Notes: a model not told the origin generated them from the letters alone. 64,000 nt of DNA from Thermococcus sp. JdFR-02 (GCA_002009975.1 MTLP01000036.1:1-64000); one strand, 5' to 3'; counted from the first letter of the stretch, positions 41,364 through 51,785 are shown. Numbers and translations are program-made.

Positions 41364-41415
41364 GCGATGATGAGTGAATCCAATGCTGAAGAATGATGAG
41401 AGCAAAAACTGAGCA
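41364..41415 (+). ncRNA. Box C/D guide sRNA
   Basis: C ATGATGA 41367-73, guide GTGAATCCAATG, D' CTGA 41386-89, C' ATGATGA 41393-99, D CTGA 41409-12; intergenic. Confidence 0.85.
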
Positions 41416-41441
41416 CTGGTTTAAAGCTTTGGTGAGATAAA

Positions 41442-42458
41442 ATGAAGATTATAACGGGCAAAAATTATGAGAGTGTTGCATTAAGCTTAGAGACAATTCT
41501 CTTTCCAGAATATGGAAAAAATAGGGAAGAACTGAAGAAATTTGTTAAGAATTTGCGAGGAAATGAAATCATAGTAACTTCAAGTTTAGAGCTAATTGAT
41601 CTAATTTTGGAAAGATTTAAGAGAGATGAACATAGCTTTGTCCTTTATTCAGATAGTGGAAAAAGGTTAAGGTTTAAAGAAGCATATGAATTGAGAAAAT
41701 ATCTCGACTTTGACTTAAGAGGAGCAAAATTCAGAGAGATGAAGAACGTTAGCGTTCTCTTTTGTGAAGGAAAAACAGACGCTAAGTTCTTTAAAGCCTC
41801 TTATAAAAAGCTCTTTGGGTTTAAGGAGAGCAAAAAAATCCCAGAAAACTTGAAGCTTATTGAAAGATTATTTGAGAGGGATAACTTTGAAATTTTAAGA
41901 AAAGAAGACAAATTTTTAGCAATAATACCAAGTGAAGGCAATGCTGGCGTTATTAGAAACGTAGGGATTTTTCTGAAGGCAATGGATGTTTACGGTTTTA
42001 CTGTCCAAAAAATTGGCTTAGCTATTGACATTGATGATAGTGAGGAGAGAGTTTTGGAATCAATAAAAGGAAAACTTTCCAGTTTTAGATGTAAAGAAGA
42101 GGATGGGCTGTTTAAAGTCGGTGAAAGTTTAATAGTTCCTCTTTTAATCGGGGTAAAAATCGAACTAAGCCCGTGTATAGAATGGGAAAAGCCAACGATT
42201 GAAGATTTGATGCTTGAAGTTTTAAATGAAGAAAGAGTATTGAGGAGAATTGACAGAGCTATAAATATCTTATACGTTGATCTGAGAAGAAAGCTTAAGC
42301 CTAAGGAAGTTATCTATTTAACAATGGCTGCTAAAAGGTTTTGGGGCAACTTGGAAGGCTTTTATGAAATGATGCTCATGCGTTCAAGAAAAGAGAATTT
42401 AGAGAAAGTTCTAATAAGAGCAGGAATCTTAGACAAATTAGAGTTTTTGAGCTATTGA
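41442..42458 (+). CDS. DUF3226-like TOPRIM-domain protein
   Basis: LFCEGKTDAKFF and AIDIDD TOPRIM motifs, TIEDLML. Confidence 0.75.
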   Translation: MKIITGKNYESVALSLETILFPEYGKNREELKKFVKNLRGNEIIVTSSLELIDLILERFKRDEHSFVLYSDSGKRLRFKEAYELRKYLDFDLRGAKFREMKNVSVLFCEGKTDAKFFKASYKKLFGFKESKKIPENLKLIERLFERDNFEILRKEDKFLAIIPSEGNAGVIRNVGIFLKAMDVYGFTVQKIGLAIDIDDSEERVLESIKGKLSSFRCKEEDGLFKVGESLIVPLLIGVKIELSPCIEWEKPTIEDLMLEVLNEERVLRRIDRAINILYVDLRRKLKPKEVIYLTMAAKRFWGNLEGFYEMMLMRSRKENLEKVLIRAGILDKLEFLSY

Positions 42459-42467
42459 GGTGGGATT

Positions 42468-43160
42468 ATGATAAGGCTAATCTCTTTTGATGTCTGGAAC
42501 ACTCTGCTGGATATTAACTTGATGCTTAAAGCTTTAGGAAAAGCCCTTGCAGAAATAATCGAGACAGAAGAAAAGGATGTGTTTGAAAAAATCATGAACG
42601 CAAGGAGACAAATCAAAGAACAGAGAAAAAATAAGATTGGAATTCCAGAGAGAGCTTTAGAGGAGAGCCAAGAGCTTTTAGCAAAGATTTTAGGAGTAGA
42701 TGTTGAAATAGTGAAAAGAGCCGCAGCAAAAGCAGTCCTAAACGTTGATTCCAAAATAGTGTTAGATGACGTAAAAGAGACGCTCAAAAGTCTAAAAGAG
42801 CAAAATTACACAATAATAACCCTCGGAAATGTAATGTTCTGGCCCTCCTCATATACACGTTTGATCCTTGAGAAGTTTGACTTAGCTGATTACATAGACA
42901 AGCAATTCTATTCCGATGAGCTTAAGGCTTACAAACCTATGAAAGAAGTGTTCCTAAAGCCTTTGAGATACTTTAAGGTTTCTCCAAGTGAGGCTGTTCA
43001 TGTTGGAGATACAAAGGCAGAGGATTTTGAAGGTGCTTTAAGTTCTGGACTTTATGCTATTTGGATAAATCCAAATGCCCAAACCGTTGAAAAAATAGCG
43101 GAAAAAGGATTCGTCATTAGAAGTTTAAGAGACGTGTTAAATGTGCTAGATGAAATGTGA
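42468..43160 (+). CDS. HAD superfamily hydrolase
   Basis: FDVWNTL, KP and HVGD...D motifs. Confidence 0.9.
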   Translation: MIRLISFDVWNTLLDINLMLKALGKALAEIIETEEKDVFEKIMNARRQIKEQRKNKIGIPERALEESQELLAKILGVDVEIVKRAAAKAVLNVDSKIVLDDVKETLKSLKEQNYTIITLGNVMFWPSSYTRLILEKFDLADYIDKQFYSDELKAYKPMKEVFLKPLRYFKVSPSEAVHVGDTKAEDFEGALSSGLYAIWINPNAQTVEKIAEKGFVIRSLRDVLNVLDEM

Positions 43161-43166
43161 TAGCCT

Positions 43167-44510
43167 CTATTTAAAATCTCCCAAGTCAAAGGTTAAAGCT
43201 CCACTGATCTTCTCTTTTTTCTCCAATCTCTTTGCTATTATTCCAAAATAATGCTCATAATCTCTAAGCCCTACCAATTCAGCCCTCCTCTCCAATCTCT
43301 TTAAAATCTTCTTTGCTTCTTTAAAGCTTAAGTCCCTCCATTTAATTTCGACAAAAAGAACTTTCTTTTCTTTGTCATTTAGACCAATCAAATCAATTTC
43401 TTCCCCTTTATGCCACCACTTTCCAATTTTTGTAAATCTAAACGGCAAAGAACTCCCACGGTTAAGCTCAATCAGAAACTCCTTCGCAATTCTTTCAAAG
43501 GGTTTTCCTAAAAATTGGTTAAAGTTAGCTTCAAAATCCTCTAAGGCACCATCAATGAAGTCACTTTCAATTTCCTCGTAGTAGGGATTTACAAAGCGAG
43601 ACCAGAAGAGAAAGTAGTTATCGCTTATCTCATAAATTCCCCGCTTTCCAAATAGAGGTGTTACCCTCTCAACTATACCAAGCTCACCCAAAATTCTGAG
43701 ATACGGCACAATCTGATTTTCCTTCATATAGCAGAAGTTTGCAATTTGCGTTACCTTTGTGTTCCCTTTAGCTATTGCCTCTAAAATAGCTAAATAAACG
43801 GAAAGTTCTCTAAGTTCCTCACTCAACAAAGCTCTTGCTTCCCTAAATAAAAAAGCTGAGGAGTTGAAAAAGTTAGCTTTAATTTCGTCTTCAACATTTT
43901 TTCCGCTGAAGAACTCTAAGTATTTTGGTGTTCCATTTGTTACTGCATAAATTTTCACCAAATTTTCAATACTGGAATCAAACCACTCGAAAAGATGCCT
44001 AAACTTTAAAGGCTGAACCTTAATGTTTGCATCACTCCTTCCATAAACTGGGCTGGAATATGTGAAGAACTCCCTCTCCAACAGAGAAACATAGGAGCCT
44101 GAGATTACTATAAGAGCATTAAGATCTTTGTTTTCTTCAATTGCTCTTGAAATCTCACTTAAAACTCCACCCTCCTTTTTGATCAGGTACGAAAACTCAT
44201 CCAAGATTATTAAGATTCTCTCACCACCAAGCCGTTTTAGAAGATTGAATAATGATGCAAAATCTCTAACCTCAACGCTGAATCCCAAAAACTCTGAAAC
44301 TCTTTGAGACAAAAGCTTAAAGTTATACTCTCTCGGTTTATCCTCAAAGATCACAAATATTCTTTTTTTGTCTTTTGAAAACTCCTCCAAAAGTCTTGTC
44401 TTTCCAACTCTTCTTCTACCGTAAACTAAAACAAGTGTTATCCCCTCTTTTTTCCACAGTTCTTCAAGAGTTCTAGCTTCATCTTTTCGATCAACAAATT
44501 TTCTAATCAT
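43167..44510 (-). CDS. Archaeal ATPase (AAA + wHTH + DUF234 / PD-(D/E)XK nuclease-like domain)
   Basis: FVDR, YGRRRVGKT, LDEF, DNYFLFW and GKWW..EEID...VEIKW motifs. Confidence 0.9.
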   Translation of the reverse strand: MIRKFVDRKDEARTLEELWKKEGITLVLVYGRRRVGKTRLLEEFSKDKKRIFVIFEDKPREYNFKLLSQRVSEFLGFSVEVRDFASLFNLLKRLGGERILIILDEFSYLIKKEGGVLSEISRAIEENKDLNALIVISGSYVSLLEREFFTYSSPVYGRSDANIKVQPLKFRHLFEWFDSSIENLVKIYAVTNGTPKYLEFFSGKNVEDEIKANFFNSSAFLFREARALLSEELRELSVYLAILEAIAKGNTKVTQIANFCYMKENQIVPYLRILGELGIVERVTPLFGKRGIYEISDNYFLFWSRFVNPYYEEIESDFIDGALEDFEANFNQFLGKPFERIAKEFLIELNRGSSLPFRFTKIGKWWHKGEEIDLIGLNDKEKKVLFVEIKWRDLSFKEAKKILKRLERRAELVGLRDYEHYFGIIAKRLEKKEKISGALTFDLGDFK

Positions 44511-44531
44511 GATTATATAATCGTGATTATA
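44504..44531. promoter_or_regulatory. Tandem palindromes over the ATPase start codon
   Basis: TAATCATGATTA (44504-15) and TAATCGTGATTA (44518-29), 14-bp period, next to a TATA element. Confidence 0.6.
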
Positions 44532-44565
44532 GTTTTTAAAAATTTCGGCTGAAAATTCAGAAAAA

Positions 44566-44669
44566 TCAAACTAAATGTGAATCCACGTAGTTTTTAGCGA
44601 CCTCGTATTGCTTAACATCAGAGGTATAAAGCTCACCTCTCAATTTTTCTGCTAAGCAATGAGCAAAGC
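44566..44669 (-). pseudogene. 3' remnant of a PIN-domain (VapC-like) toxin gene
   Basis: With one frameshift reads ALLIA-LAEKLRGELYTSDVKQYEVAKNYVDSHLV*, matching the PIN C-terminal D-A-x-x-x-A-x-A...L-x-T-x-D pattern; 5' part missing. Confidence 0.6.
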
Positions 44670-44771
44670 GAGCCGATGTAGGAAGAAAAAGCAAGGAGAA
44701 CAGGGGACGAAGTTCCCTCAGGGGGGTAGGTAAGATAGAGATGGAAGGAGTTCTCCCCTCCCTCTCCTGCC
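44670..44771. repeat. Dispersed structured element, copy 1
   Basis: Starts GAGCCGATGTAGGAAGAAA and ends CCTCTCCTGCC, shared with 56142-56218; internal hairpins. Confidence 0.65.
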
Positions 44772-47564
44772 TCACCTCTTCGACTTAAACCAAGCATCCA
44801 ATCCCATTTGTTTTGTCTTTTGATACTCTAAATCCTTCTCCTTATATCCAAAAGCCTCTAAAATCCTAAGCACGGCTGGAAGAACTTGATTGTGGATGTA
44901 GTAGTCTGGATCGTATTTGTGCTTCTTTGGGTCATATTCATCTAAAAGAATTGCCCTATCGCTTATTTTTTTATCTCCCCTAAGAACCACATAATTTATA
45001 ATCATTCCAGGCTTAACTTTAACCCCTTTAGCTTTTAAACGCTTAGCTATGGCTATATGAGGACCCGTTGCCTTATATGCGCTCAGTTCTCTCGTTATTT
45101 GTTCATAAATTACAAGCTTTTCCACTGGAACTCTATAATTCGCTAAATCCTCAACAACTTGCTTAACAATCTTTACGGCCTTCTCAACACTACCATCCTT
45201 TAGAATTGCCTCCAGAACTTTAGCTTGTGTCTCTTTTGCTATTGCACTCCAATCTCTTCTCACAACTTCCAAGCCACGTGTGGTTATCCTCCCCTCTTCA
45301 TCAATAACAGCGTAGCGTTTCTTTGTAACAAAGAACCCTCTTGTGTAAAATCCTTCAAACTCGAGCTCAAGCATTCCTGGGAGTTTCGAGTTTATATACT
45401 TCAAAAACTCCTTAGCTTTTTGCTTAATGGCTTCGGGCTTTTCTCCTGGAAGTGTGGCATAGAATCCATCTGTATTGTGAACCAAAATTCCATTTGCAAA
45501 GAATCTATGCGTATCTTCGACTTCAATGTCATAAACATAATCTTTGTATTCGATCTCTATGACAGAAGTAACATCGCTAAATATGATCTCCCCATCATTA
45601 TACAATATTAACTTCATGTTGTCATTAAGATTAATCGGTTTTGCTTCAACAAATTTTCCATCTTTATAAACAATTATGCTATGATCTTCAGTAACATCAA
45701 CGTACTTTTCACCACTAAACACTCTATACATCTTTTTTCTGGCTAGATGTCTCATGACATATGGAACTTTCTTCCAAACCAGCTTACCATTATCATTTAG
45801 CGTTAGCGCTTCAACATCTTGTAGAGTACAATACTCTTTTTCCCCAAGCTTATACTCAACATTCTTAAACAAATCCTCGATTTTCACGAATTTTACTTCT
45901 CCTTTTTCCCTGATTATTACTTCTGTATCTCCAGAAACGCTGTCCGCATAAAGCACTTTAAAGCCCCAATTTTCAATCTCCTTGATCGTGGTTTCTATGT
46001 AGTATCTTCCCCAAGCCGTAACACTTTCTGCAGACTCTTTTGAATACCATCTTGCCTTAGGATAACCCATATAACCGTAGAAACTATTAGCTAGGATCTT
46101 TAGAGCTCTCTGCCTATAATCGAGCATTTTTTGTTCAACACCACTTGTCTCTTTCATCTTCTTCTTAACAGCTTGCCTTTCCTCTATCAAGCTCTTTAGA
46201 ATACTTGGTATAAATCCCGGAAAATCTTTGCAGAACCTATATCCAACTATTGGAGCTTTGTCATAATTTTTACAACCTTCTCTTTCTAAAGTATCGGGAG
46301 AAATGTTGTGTTCGACTATAATTGAGGGGTAAAGAGCTCTAAAGTCTAAATAAACTATGTTCCCCCACAATCCTCTCTCTGGCTCTTTAACGTATCCTCC
46401 AATATACGTTGTTCTTAATCTTCTTTGATATTCCTCATTGCTCGGTTTATTTGGTGCTAACTCATTCTTTTGATACGCGATTCTTAGTAGAAACCACTCA
46501 ACTAAATTACCTGTGCTTGATCTTGAAACGTCCCAAACGCTTTGGGCAATAAGCTTTGAAAGCTCAGCTTCCATTGGAAAGAACTCTTTGCCGAGTTCAT
46601 AAGTTGCTTTAGCATCTTCCATCGAGTATTGGGCTAAAGCTTTCATTCCTTCTCTGCTTTCCCAAATCATGCTTATCTCTTCAGCCTGGAGCTTTGTTTT
46701 CTTTTTTCCCAAAACAGCTTCATAAACAGCCTCAAGCGTATAATGTGGCAAATTTACCGTTCTTCTAACAACGGGGAACAGATCAAAGTGTATTCTCCCC
46801 TTAATCTCAACGGCAAATCTGTTGCCCATTCTTTCAATTTTTGGTTCGCTGTTCTCTTTATCCCTTCCAAGCATTAACTTAACACCAAGCTTTCTAGCCC
46901 TCTTAACAAGGTAAGGCACGTCAAAGTTGTCACCATTGTAGGTTATCAAAACATCTGGATCTTTTTCTCTCACTATTTGAACGAAACGCTTTATCATTTC
47001 CCTCTCGCTTGAAACGACCTCTACATATGGCAGATCAATCTTCTTCCAAGTGATAACTTTGGCTTCTTCTTCATCTGCATAGCTTATCATTATTATTTGC
47101 CCTTCCCCAAATTCCTGCCCCTCTGTGTAGAAGGTCTCGATATCAAAAGCCATTAGCTTAAGCTTTTCATCTCCTTCCATTGGTACTAAGTTTTTATCAA
47201 TCAAATAGCGCTTTGCAAAAGGAATATCATACTCAAATATGTCAATAACTGCTGGATGTTCCCTAATTTTGTTTCTAATAGCTGGAACGTCTTGAGGATG
47301 TTGAAAAATCAGCTTCCAGACTTCAATTGGCTTTCCCAAGAATTTCTTTTGAACCTTTTCTGCTTTTACAATCTTAACAACTTTTCCATGTCTCTCTCCA
47401 GTTATTTTCTTAACCTCTTCAATCGCACTATCGTCTTTTAGAAGGGCATAAATGTAAGGCTGAAAATCCCTATCGTACTCAATCTTAAATTCCCCATTTT
47501 CAATCTTAAAAATCCTAATCACAGGTTTTCCATTTTCAGTGACATAGTCAGTATCAATTATCAC
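44772..47564 (-). CDS. polB: Family B DNA polymerase (intein-containing precursor)
   Basis: FDIET exonuclease motif, [20 protein letters not shown] and YAD/TDG; uracil-pocket N-terminus; likely GTG start (MIIDTDY). Confidence 0.97.
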   Translation of the reverse strand: MIIDTDYVTENGKPVIRIFKIENGEFKIEYDRDFQPYIYALLKDDSAIEEVKKITGERHGKVVKIVKAEKVQKKFLGKPIEVWKLIFQHPQDVPAIRNKIREHPAVIDIFEYDIPFAKRYLIDKNLVPMEGDEKLKLMAFDIETFYTEGQEFGEGQIIMISYADEEEAKVITWKKIDLPYVEVVSSEREMIKRFVQIVREKDPDVLITYNGDNFDVPYLVKRARKLGVKLMLGRDKENSEPKIERMGNRFAVEIKGRIHFDLFPVVRRTVNLPHYTLEAVYEAVLGKKKTKLQAEEISMIWESREGMKALAQYSMEDAKATYELGKEFFPMEAELSKLIAQSVWDVSRSSTGNLVEWFLLRIAYQKNELAPNKPSNEEYQRRLRTTYIGGYVKEPERGLWGNIVYLDFRALYPSIIVEHNISPDTLEREGCKNYDKAPIVGYRFCKDFPGFIPSILKSLIEERQAVKKKMKETSGVEQKMLDYRQRALKILANSFYGYMGYPKARWYSKESAESVTAWGRYYIETTIKEIENWGFKVLYADSVSGDTEVIIREKGEVKFVKIEDLFKNVEYKLGEKEYCTLQDVEALTLNDNGKLVWKKVPYVMRHLARKKMYRVFSGEKYVDVTEDHSIIVYKDGKFVEAKPINLNDNMKLILYNDGEIIFSDVTSVIEIEYKDYVYDIEVEDTHRFFANGILVHNTDGFYATLPGEKPEAIKQKAKEFLKYINSKLPGMLELEFEGFYTRGFFVTKKRYAVIDEEGRITTRGLEVVRRDWSAIAKETQAKVLEAILKDGSVEKAVKIVKQVVEDLANYRVPVEKLVIYEQITRELSAYKATGPHIAIAKRLKAKGVKVKPGMIINYVVLRGDKKISDRAILLDEYDPKKHKYDPDYYIHNQVLPAVLRILEAFGYKEKDLEYQKTKQMGLDAWFKSKR
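45474..45941 (-). mobile_element. 156-aa mini-intein in PolB motif C (YAD|TDG, pol-c site), no homing endonuclease
   Basis: SVSGDT start, VTEDHS block B, VYDIEV block F, ILVHN|T end; no LAGLIDADG motif. Confidence 0.95.
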
Positions 47565-47628
47565 AATTCCCACCATAAATAGCTATGATTTTTGTTAAGA
47601 TAAACTTTATCTCATTAAGCATTTTTAA

Positions 47629-48258
47629 TTATAAGCCTTCTTTAACCAAAGGCTTCCTCTTTATCGGTCCTTTTGGATATTCTTCCTCAAATATCTCTGC
47701 TGTAAACTTGTAAACCTTGGTGTCCTTATCTAACCAACAATCTAATGGCAATCCTGCTTTCCAACAAGTTTGGCTCAAGAACTCTTCCTCATCCCATCCC
47801 CATTCAATTGGAACTTGAGGTAGCAAAAGTCCAGAGTATATGCCTTTTTCAACTATTAATCCATCCCTACCCACCTTGATTTTCTTTGGTCTCTCTTCAG
47901 GCTTTCCATCTATTAATTCAGGAGGAGTTAGCACACTAACTTCAATTGCCAAGTTATCAAGTTCATGTAGTTCAACAGGTGGAAAGCGTGGGTCATCTAC
48001 CGCTGCATAGATGGCTGCTTTTATTGTTGCTTTAACCAGCGGATAAAGCGGTAACGGGAAGCCAATACAACCTCTCAAGGCTACTTGATGAGGAACGTTA
48101 AAACGATTAAGCGTGACAAATACTCCCATTTTTTCCCAGAGTTCTTGAGGTGTATCTTCTGGAGGAGAAATTTCTTTCCCGGTTTTTAAATATTCCTCAA
48201 TTGCCTTCCTTGCTAGTCTTACTAAAAACTCCCCATGTTCATCTTTAATCTTATACAT
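47629..48258 (-). CDS. AMMECR1-domain protein
   Basis: GVFVTL, LRGCIG, DPRFPP, EVSVL and GLLLPQV motifs. Confidence 0.92.
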   Translation of the reverse strand: MYKIKDEHGEFLVRLARKAIEEYLKTGKEISPPEDTPQELWEKMGVFVTLNRFNVPHQVALRGCIGFPLPLYPLVKATIKAAIYAAVDDPRFPPVELHELDNLAIEVSVLTPPELIDGKPEERPKKIKVGRDGLIVEKGIYSGLLLPQVPIEWGWDEEEFLSQTCWKAGLPLDCWLDKDTKVYKFTAEIFEEEYPKGPIKRKPLVKEGL

Positions 48259-48346
48259 CTTTACCCCCTTAGTCTTTTTAATCTCAAGTGTATATAACGA
48301 TAACTAACCGTAAGATTTAAATTATTGCCGATTAAAAGATAGTCAG

Positions 48347-48661
48347 GTGTCGAAAGTGAGCGTTATCATAGAATTCGTCATAGTTCCCCTTGGTGAGCTA
48401 AGCTTGAGCAGATACGTAGCTGAAGTAGTAAAGCTTTTAGAGAAGAAAGGCGTAAAGTATCAACTGACACCTATGTCAACGATTATTGAAGTCTCGAGTG
48501 TGAGTGAGGGCTTTAAAATCATTGAAGAAGCCCACGAGTTGATGTTTAAGCTTGGGGTAAAAAGGGTTTCAACAACTATAAGGATTGATGATAGAAGAGA
48601 TAAGAGAAGGCACATGGAAGATAAAATAAAATCCGTGCTGGAAAAAGCCCAGGAGGGTTGA
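48347..48661 (+). CDS. MTH1187/YkoF-like thiamine-binding family protein
   Basis: VVPLG..SLSRYVA, LTPMST and IDDRRDK motifs. Confidence 0.85.
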   Translation: MSKVSVIIEFVIVPLGELSLSRYVAEVVKLLEKKGVKYQLTPMSTIIEVSSVSEGFKIIEEAHELMFKLGVKRVSTTIRIDDRRDKRRHMEDKIKSVLEKAQEG

Positions 48662-49803
48662 AAATTAAAGTATTGATACTCTGCATTGATAGAGATGATG
48701 ATTTTGGTAGCAAAGCTGGTGTTAAAGGTCCCGTTATTGGAAGGAAAGCTTGTGTAGATGCGGCTCTAAAGCTTAGCTTGGCTGATCCCGAAGATAGCGA
48801 TGCTAATGTTGTTTATGCCGGTGTTAAACTTTATGATGATTTAAAGGAAAACAAGGAGTTTGAAGATGTTGAAGTTGCTTTAATCACAGGTCATCCAGAT
48901 GTGGGTGTTAAAAGCGATTTAGAATTAAATAGACAATTAGAGGAAGTTTTGAAGAAGTTCCCTGCAGATGGTGTTATTCCCGTTACTGACGGTGCAGAAG
49001 ATGAGCAGGTCTTTCCAATAATAACCTCAAGAATACCAATTATAAGCTCTCGTAGGGTGGTTGTTAAGCAAAGCGAAAGCATCGAAACAACTTATTACAT
49101 GATTTATCGTTATTTAAAGGAGATTTTAAGCGATCCAGAAGCAGCAAAAATTGTTTTTGGCATTCCAGGTTTGATTGTCCTTCTTTATGGAATAGCAAAA
49201 CTCATTTCAATCAAATATCCTGAAAGCGTTAACATAGTCTCCTCAACTGTAGCAGGAACTATCCTCTTGATAGTAGGTGGTTATGCTTTTATGAAAGGTT
49301 TTAAGGTGCACATAGCACTAAGAGAAAGTATTAGCAAAGGACTTATTACACTAATCTCAATAGTTGCAGGATTGTTTATAATCTTTGCTGGAGCTGTAAA
49401 CGTCTACTTCACTTTTGGAACGCTTGCAGAGAGCAAAATGGGATTAATTCCCGTAACTCCCCTTATACAGGGGATATTATACATCAACCTCATAAACACA
49501 CCCTTAATCCTTGGACTTGGGGTTATGATATCTGGAAGAATCCTTCAAGCATATCTAAAGAAAGATCCCCATATTTGGTATTATACAGCTGGATTGGTAA
49601 TGCTACCCGCTCTTTGGATCACTATAGATTTAACAACAAGCTATGCGATAGCGATAGTATCTCCATCTCTACTTGTGTTCTTCAAGAAATTTATGATAGC
49701 CGTTTTAGATGTCGCATTAGGAACCTTAATTAGTGTCTATTTGAGAGAAAAGGTTAAAGGATGGGAAAAAGTTGAAATTGGAAAGAGCGTTGAGGGAGTA
49801 TGA
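48658..49803 (+). CDS. DUF373 family membrane protein
   Basis: [18 protein letters not shown] and DGAEDE motifs. Confidence 0.85.
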   Translation: MKIKVLILCIDRDDDFGSKAGVKGPVIGRKACVDAALKLSLADPEDSDANVVYAGVKLYDDLKENKEFEDVEVALITGHPDVGVKSDLELNRQLEEVLKKFPADGVIPVTDGAEDEQVFPIITSRIPIISSRRVVVKQSESIETTYYMIYRYLKEILSDPEAAKIVFGIPGLIVLLYGIAKLISIKYPESVNIVSSTVAGTILLIVGGYAFMKGFKVHIALRESISKGLITLISIVAGLFIIFAGAVNVYFTFGTLAESKMGLIPVTPLIQGILYINLINTPLILGLGVMISGRILQAYLKKDPHIWYYTAGLVMLPALWITIDLTTSYAIAIVSPSLLVFFKKFMIAVLDVALGTLISVYLREKVKGWEKVEIGKSVEGV

Positions 49804-50836
49804 AAAAAAGAAAAATGAAATTGAGAAGCGTAGAAACAAGCTTAAAGATGAGTACTCAAAAAAGGTTTCTAAGAGTATTGGTGAAATCCTAAAGTACCTG
49901 GAAAAGCTCGAGAAAAAGGAAATTCCAAAGAACATTGATGAAAGAATTAAAAAGATTGCAGAAGTTGAAAAGAGGAACTATGTGGAAACCCTACGCCGAA
50001 CACTAACAAACATAAAGGGAATAGATGATTTGGGAAAATTTCTCCCAGAGCTTTCAAAGTTCCATGTAGGTCATGGAAAATACCTCCTCATAGTTTTTGA
50101 AAAGGACATTTTTACAATAAACAAACACCTAAAATCCCTCTCAACTATGTATTCCGACTACCTAAGGAAGCTTGAAAGTTTAAGGTTGGAGAACATTCCA
50201 ATAAAAGAGATACTCGATGAAATGGGCAATATAAAAAAGAGCATTAGTATTGAAGAAAAAGAGCTTGAAAGACTTAAAGCAGATGAGAAAACTATGAACA
50301 AAAGGTTTGAGGAGCTGATGAGAGAAAAAGAACTTGAAAAGCTGGAGAATGAGATAAAAGAGCTCAAGTCAAGACTTGAGAGCAAAGAGATCGAAATAAG
50401 ATCAAAAGTCTCTCAGTTGAAGAGACCAATAAAGAGAAGCAGAATTGGAGAAAAAGTTGCAAAAGAGATCATAAAAGACAGTGCTTATGCAATTACACAT
50501 CCAGAAGAATTTTTGGAATTTTTAAACAAGATGCTTGACAAGTTTGAAGGGAAGTATAGAAAGACTGCTGAATGGCTTATAGAGAACTTGAATAAAGAGG
50601 TAGAAGAGATAAGGACTGAAAGGGAAGAGTTAAGCAAGTTGGAAGACATGAAGAAAGATGCTACTAAAGAACTTGAAGAGTTTGAGAGAGAAATCAAAAA
50701 ACTGAAAGAGAAAATAAAGGAGAGAGAAGAATATATAAAAAGGCTGAAGAAGAAACTCTTAGACCTTGAAAATGAGTTGCAAAAATCAATTTCAAGACTT
50801 GAAAGCTTGCTCAAGACTAAGATTAATTTTCAATAA
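49772..50836 (+). CDS. Long coiled-coil hypothetical protein
   Basis: K/E-rich heptad pattern over most of 354 aa. Confidence 0.75.
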   Translation: MKLERALREYEKKKNEIEKRRNKLKDEYSKKVSKSIGEILKYLEKLEKKEIPKNIDERIKKIAEVEKRNYVETLRRTLTNIKGIDDLGKFLPELSKFHVGHGKYLLIVFEKDIFTINKHLKSLSTMYSDYLRKLESLRLENIPIKEILDEMGNIKKSISIEEKELERLKADEKTMNKRFEELMREKELEKLENEIKELKSRLESKEIEIRSKVSQLKRPIKRSRIGEKVAKEIIKDSAYAITHPEEFLEFLNKMLDKFEGKYRKTAEWLIENLNKEVEEIRTEREELSKLEDMKKDATKELEEFEREIKKLKEKIKEREEYIKRLKKKLLDLENELQKSISRLESLLKTKINFQ

Positions 50837-50845
50837 GTTTATATT

Positions 50846-50859
50846 TTAGGGCAACCTAA
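50846..50859. promoter_or_regulatory. DtxR/MntR-box-like palindrome
   Basis: TTAGG-GCAA-CCTAA immediately downstream of TATA TTTATA. Confidence 0.5.
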
Positions 50860-50866
50860 TTTTTTA

Positions 50867-51724
50867 TTGGTGGGAGGTATGATCAAGCCAGACAAGTTAA
50901 GATTTGGAACAGCCGGAATTCCAATTTCAACGCGCAAACCTTCAACCATAGAAGGAATAAAAAGGGTTAGAGAGCTAGGTTTAGATGCTATGGAAATTGA
51001 ATTCGTTAGAGGAGTTAATTTAAAACCAGAAATGGCTAAAAAGATTAAATATGTGGCTAGAGAGAATGATGTTCTCTTAACAGCACATGCTCCCTATTAC
51101 ATAAATCTAAATGCAAGGGAAAAGGCAAAAGTTGAAGCAAGTAAGAAGAGAATATTAGACAGCGCTAGGCGATTATACGATGCTGGTGGTTATAGTGTTG
51201 TCTTTCATGCGGGTTATTACTTAAAACAAGAGCCTAAAATAGTTTATGAACGGATTAAAAATGAAATTAAAGACATTGTAAGGATTCTCCAAGATGAAGG
51301 AATAAGGCTTTGGGTAAGACCAGAGCTAACAGGAAAACCAACACAGTTTGGAAATTTGAGGGAGTTAATAAAACTAAGCCAAGATATTGAAATGGTCTTA
51401 CCTGCTATCGACTTTGCCCATGCCCATGCAAGGGAAAAAGGAAAGTGCAACACTGTTGAAGAGTGGCGAGAAATGCTCTCCCTAATAGAGCAAGAGCTTG
51501 GAAGGGAAGCACTAAACAACATGCACATCCACATAAGCGGAATAAACTATGGAGAAAAGGGGGAGAAAAATCACCTTAATTTGCAAGAGAGCGATTTGAA
51601 GTGGGAAGACCTGCTCAGGATTCTTAAGGAATTCAAAGTTAAGGGTGTTGTAATAAGTGAAAGCCCAAACATTGAAGGAGATGCAATCTTAATGAAGAAG
51701 AAATACAGGGAAATAAGAATTTAG
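50867..51724 (+). CDS. nfo: Endonuclease IV family (AP endonuclease 2) protein
   Basis: HAPYYINL, VFHAG, PELTGK, DFAH and HIHISG motifs. Confidence 0.85.
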   Translation: MVGGMIKPDKLRFGTAGIPISTRKPSTIEGIKRVRELGLDAMEIEFVRGVNLKPEMAKKIKYVARENDVLLTAHAPYYINLNAREKAKVEASKKRILDSARRLYDAGGYSVVFHAGYYLKQEPKIVYERIKNEIKDIVRILQDEGIRLWVRPELTGKPTQFGNLRELIKLSQDIEMVLPAIDFAHAHAREKGKCNTVEEWREMLSLIEQELGREALNNMHIHISGINYGEKGEKNHLNLQESDLKWEDLLRILKEFKVKGVVISESPNIEGDAILMKKKYREIRI

Positions 51725-51785
51725 CATTTTCAATTTTGACATGTTTCTTCAGCTTTGTAGTCCAAAAGGATAAATTTCAAAAACT

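Noticed and set aside
46320-46350. PolB motif A reads DFRALYPS rather than DFRSLYPS
   Set aside because: The same variant occurs in Pfu polymerase; not a sign of inactivation
50158-50814. Ser/Phe-rich minus-strand ORFs
   Set aside because: Antisense to the Lys/Glu-rich coiled-coil gene
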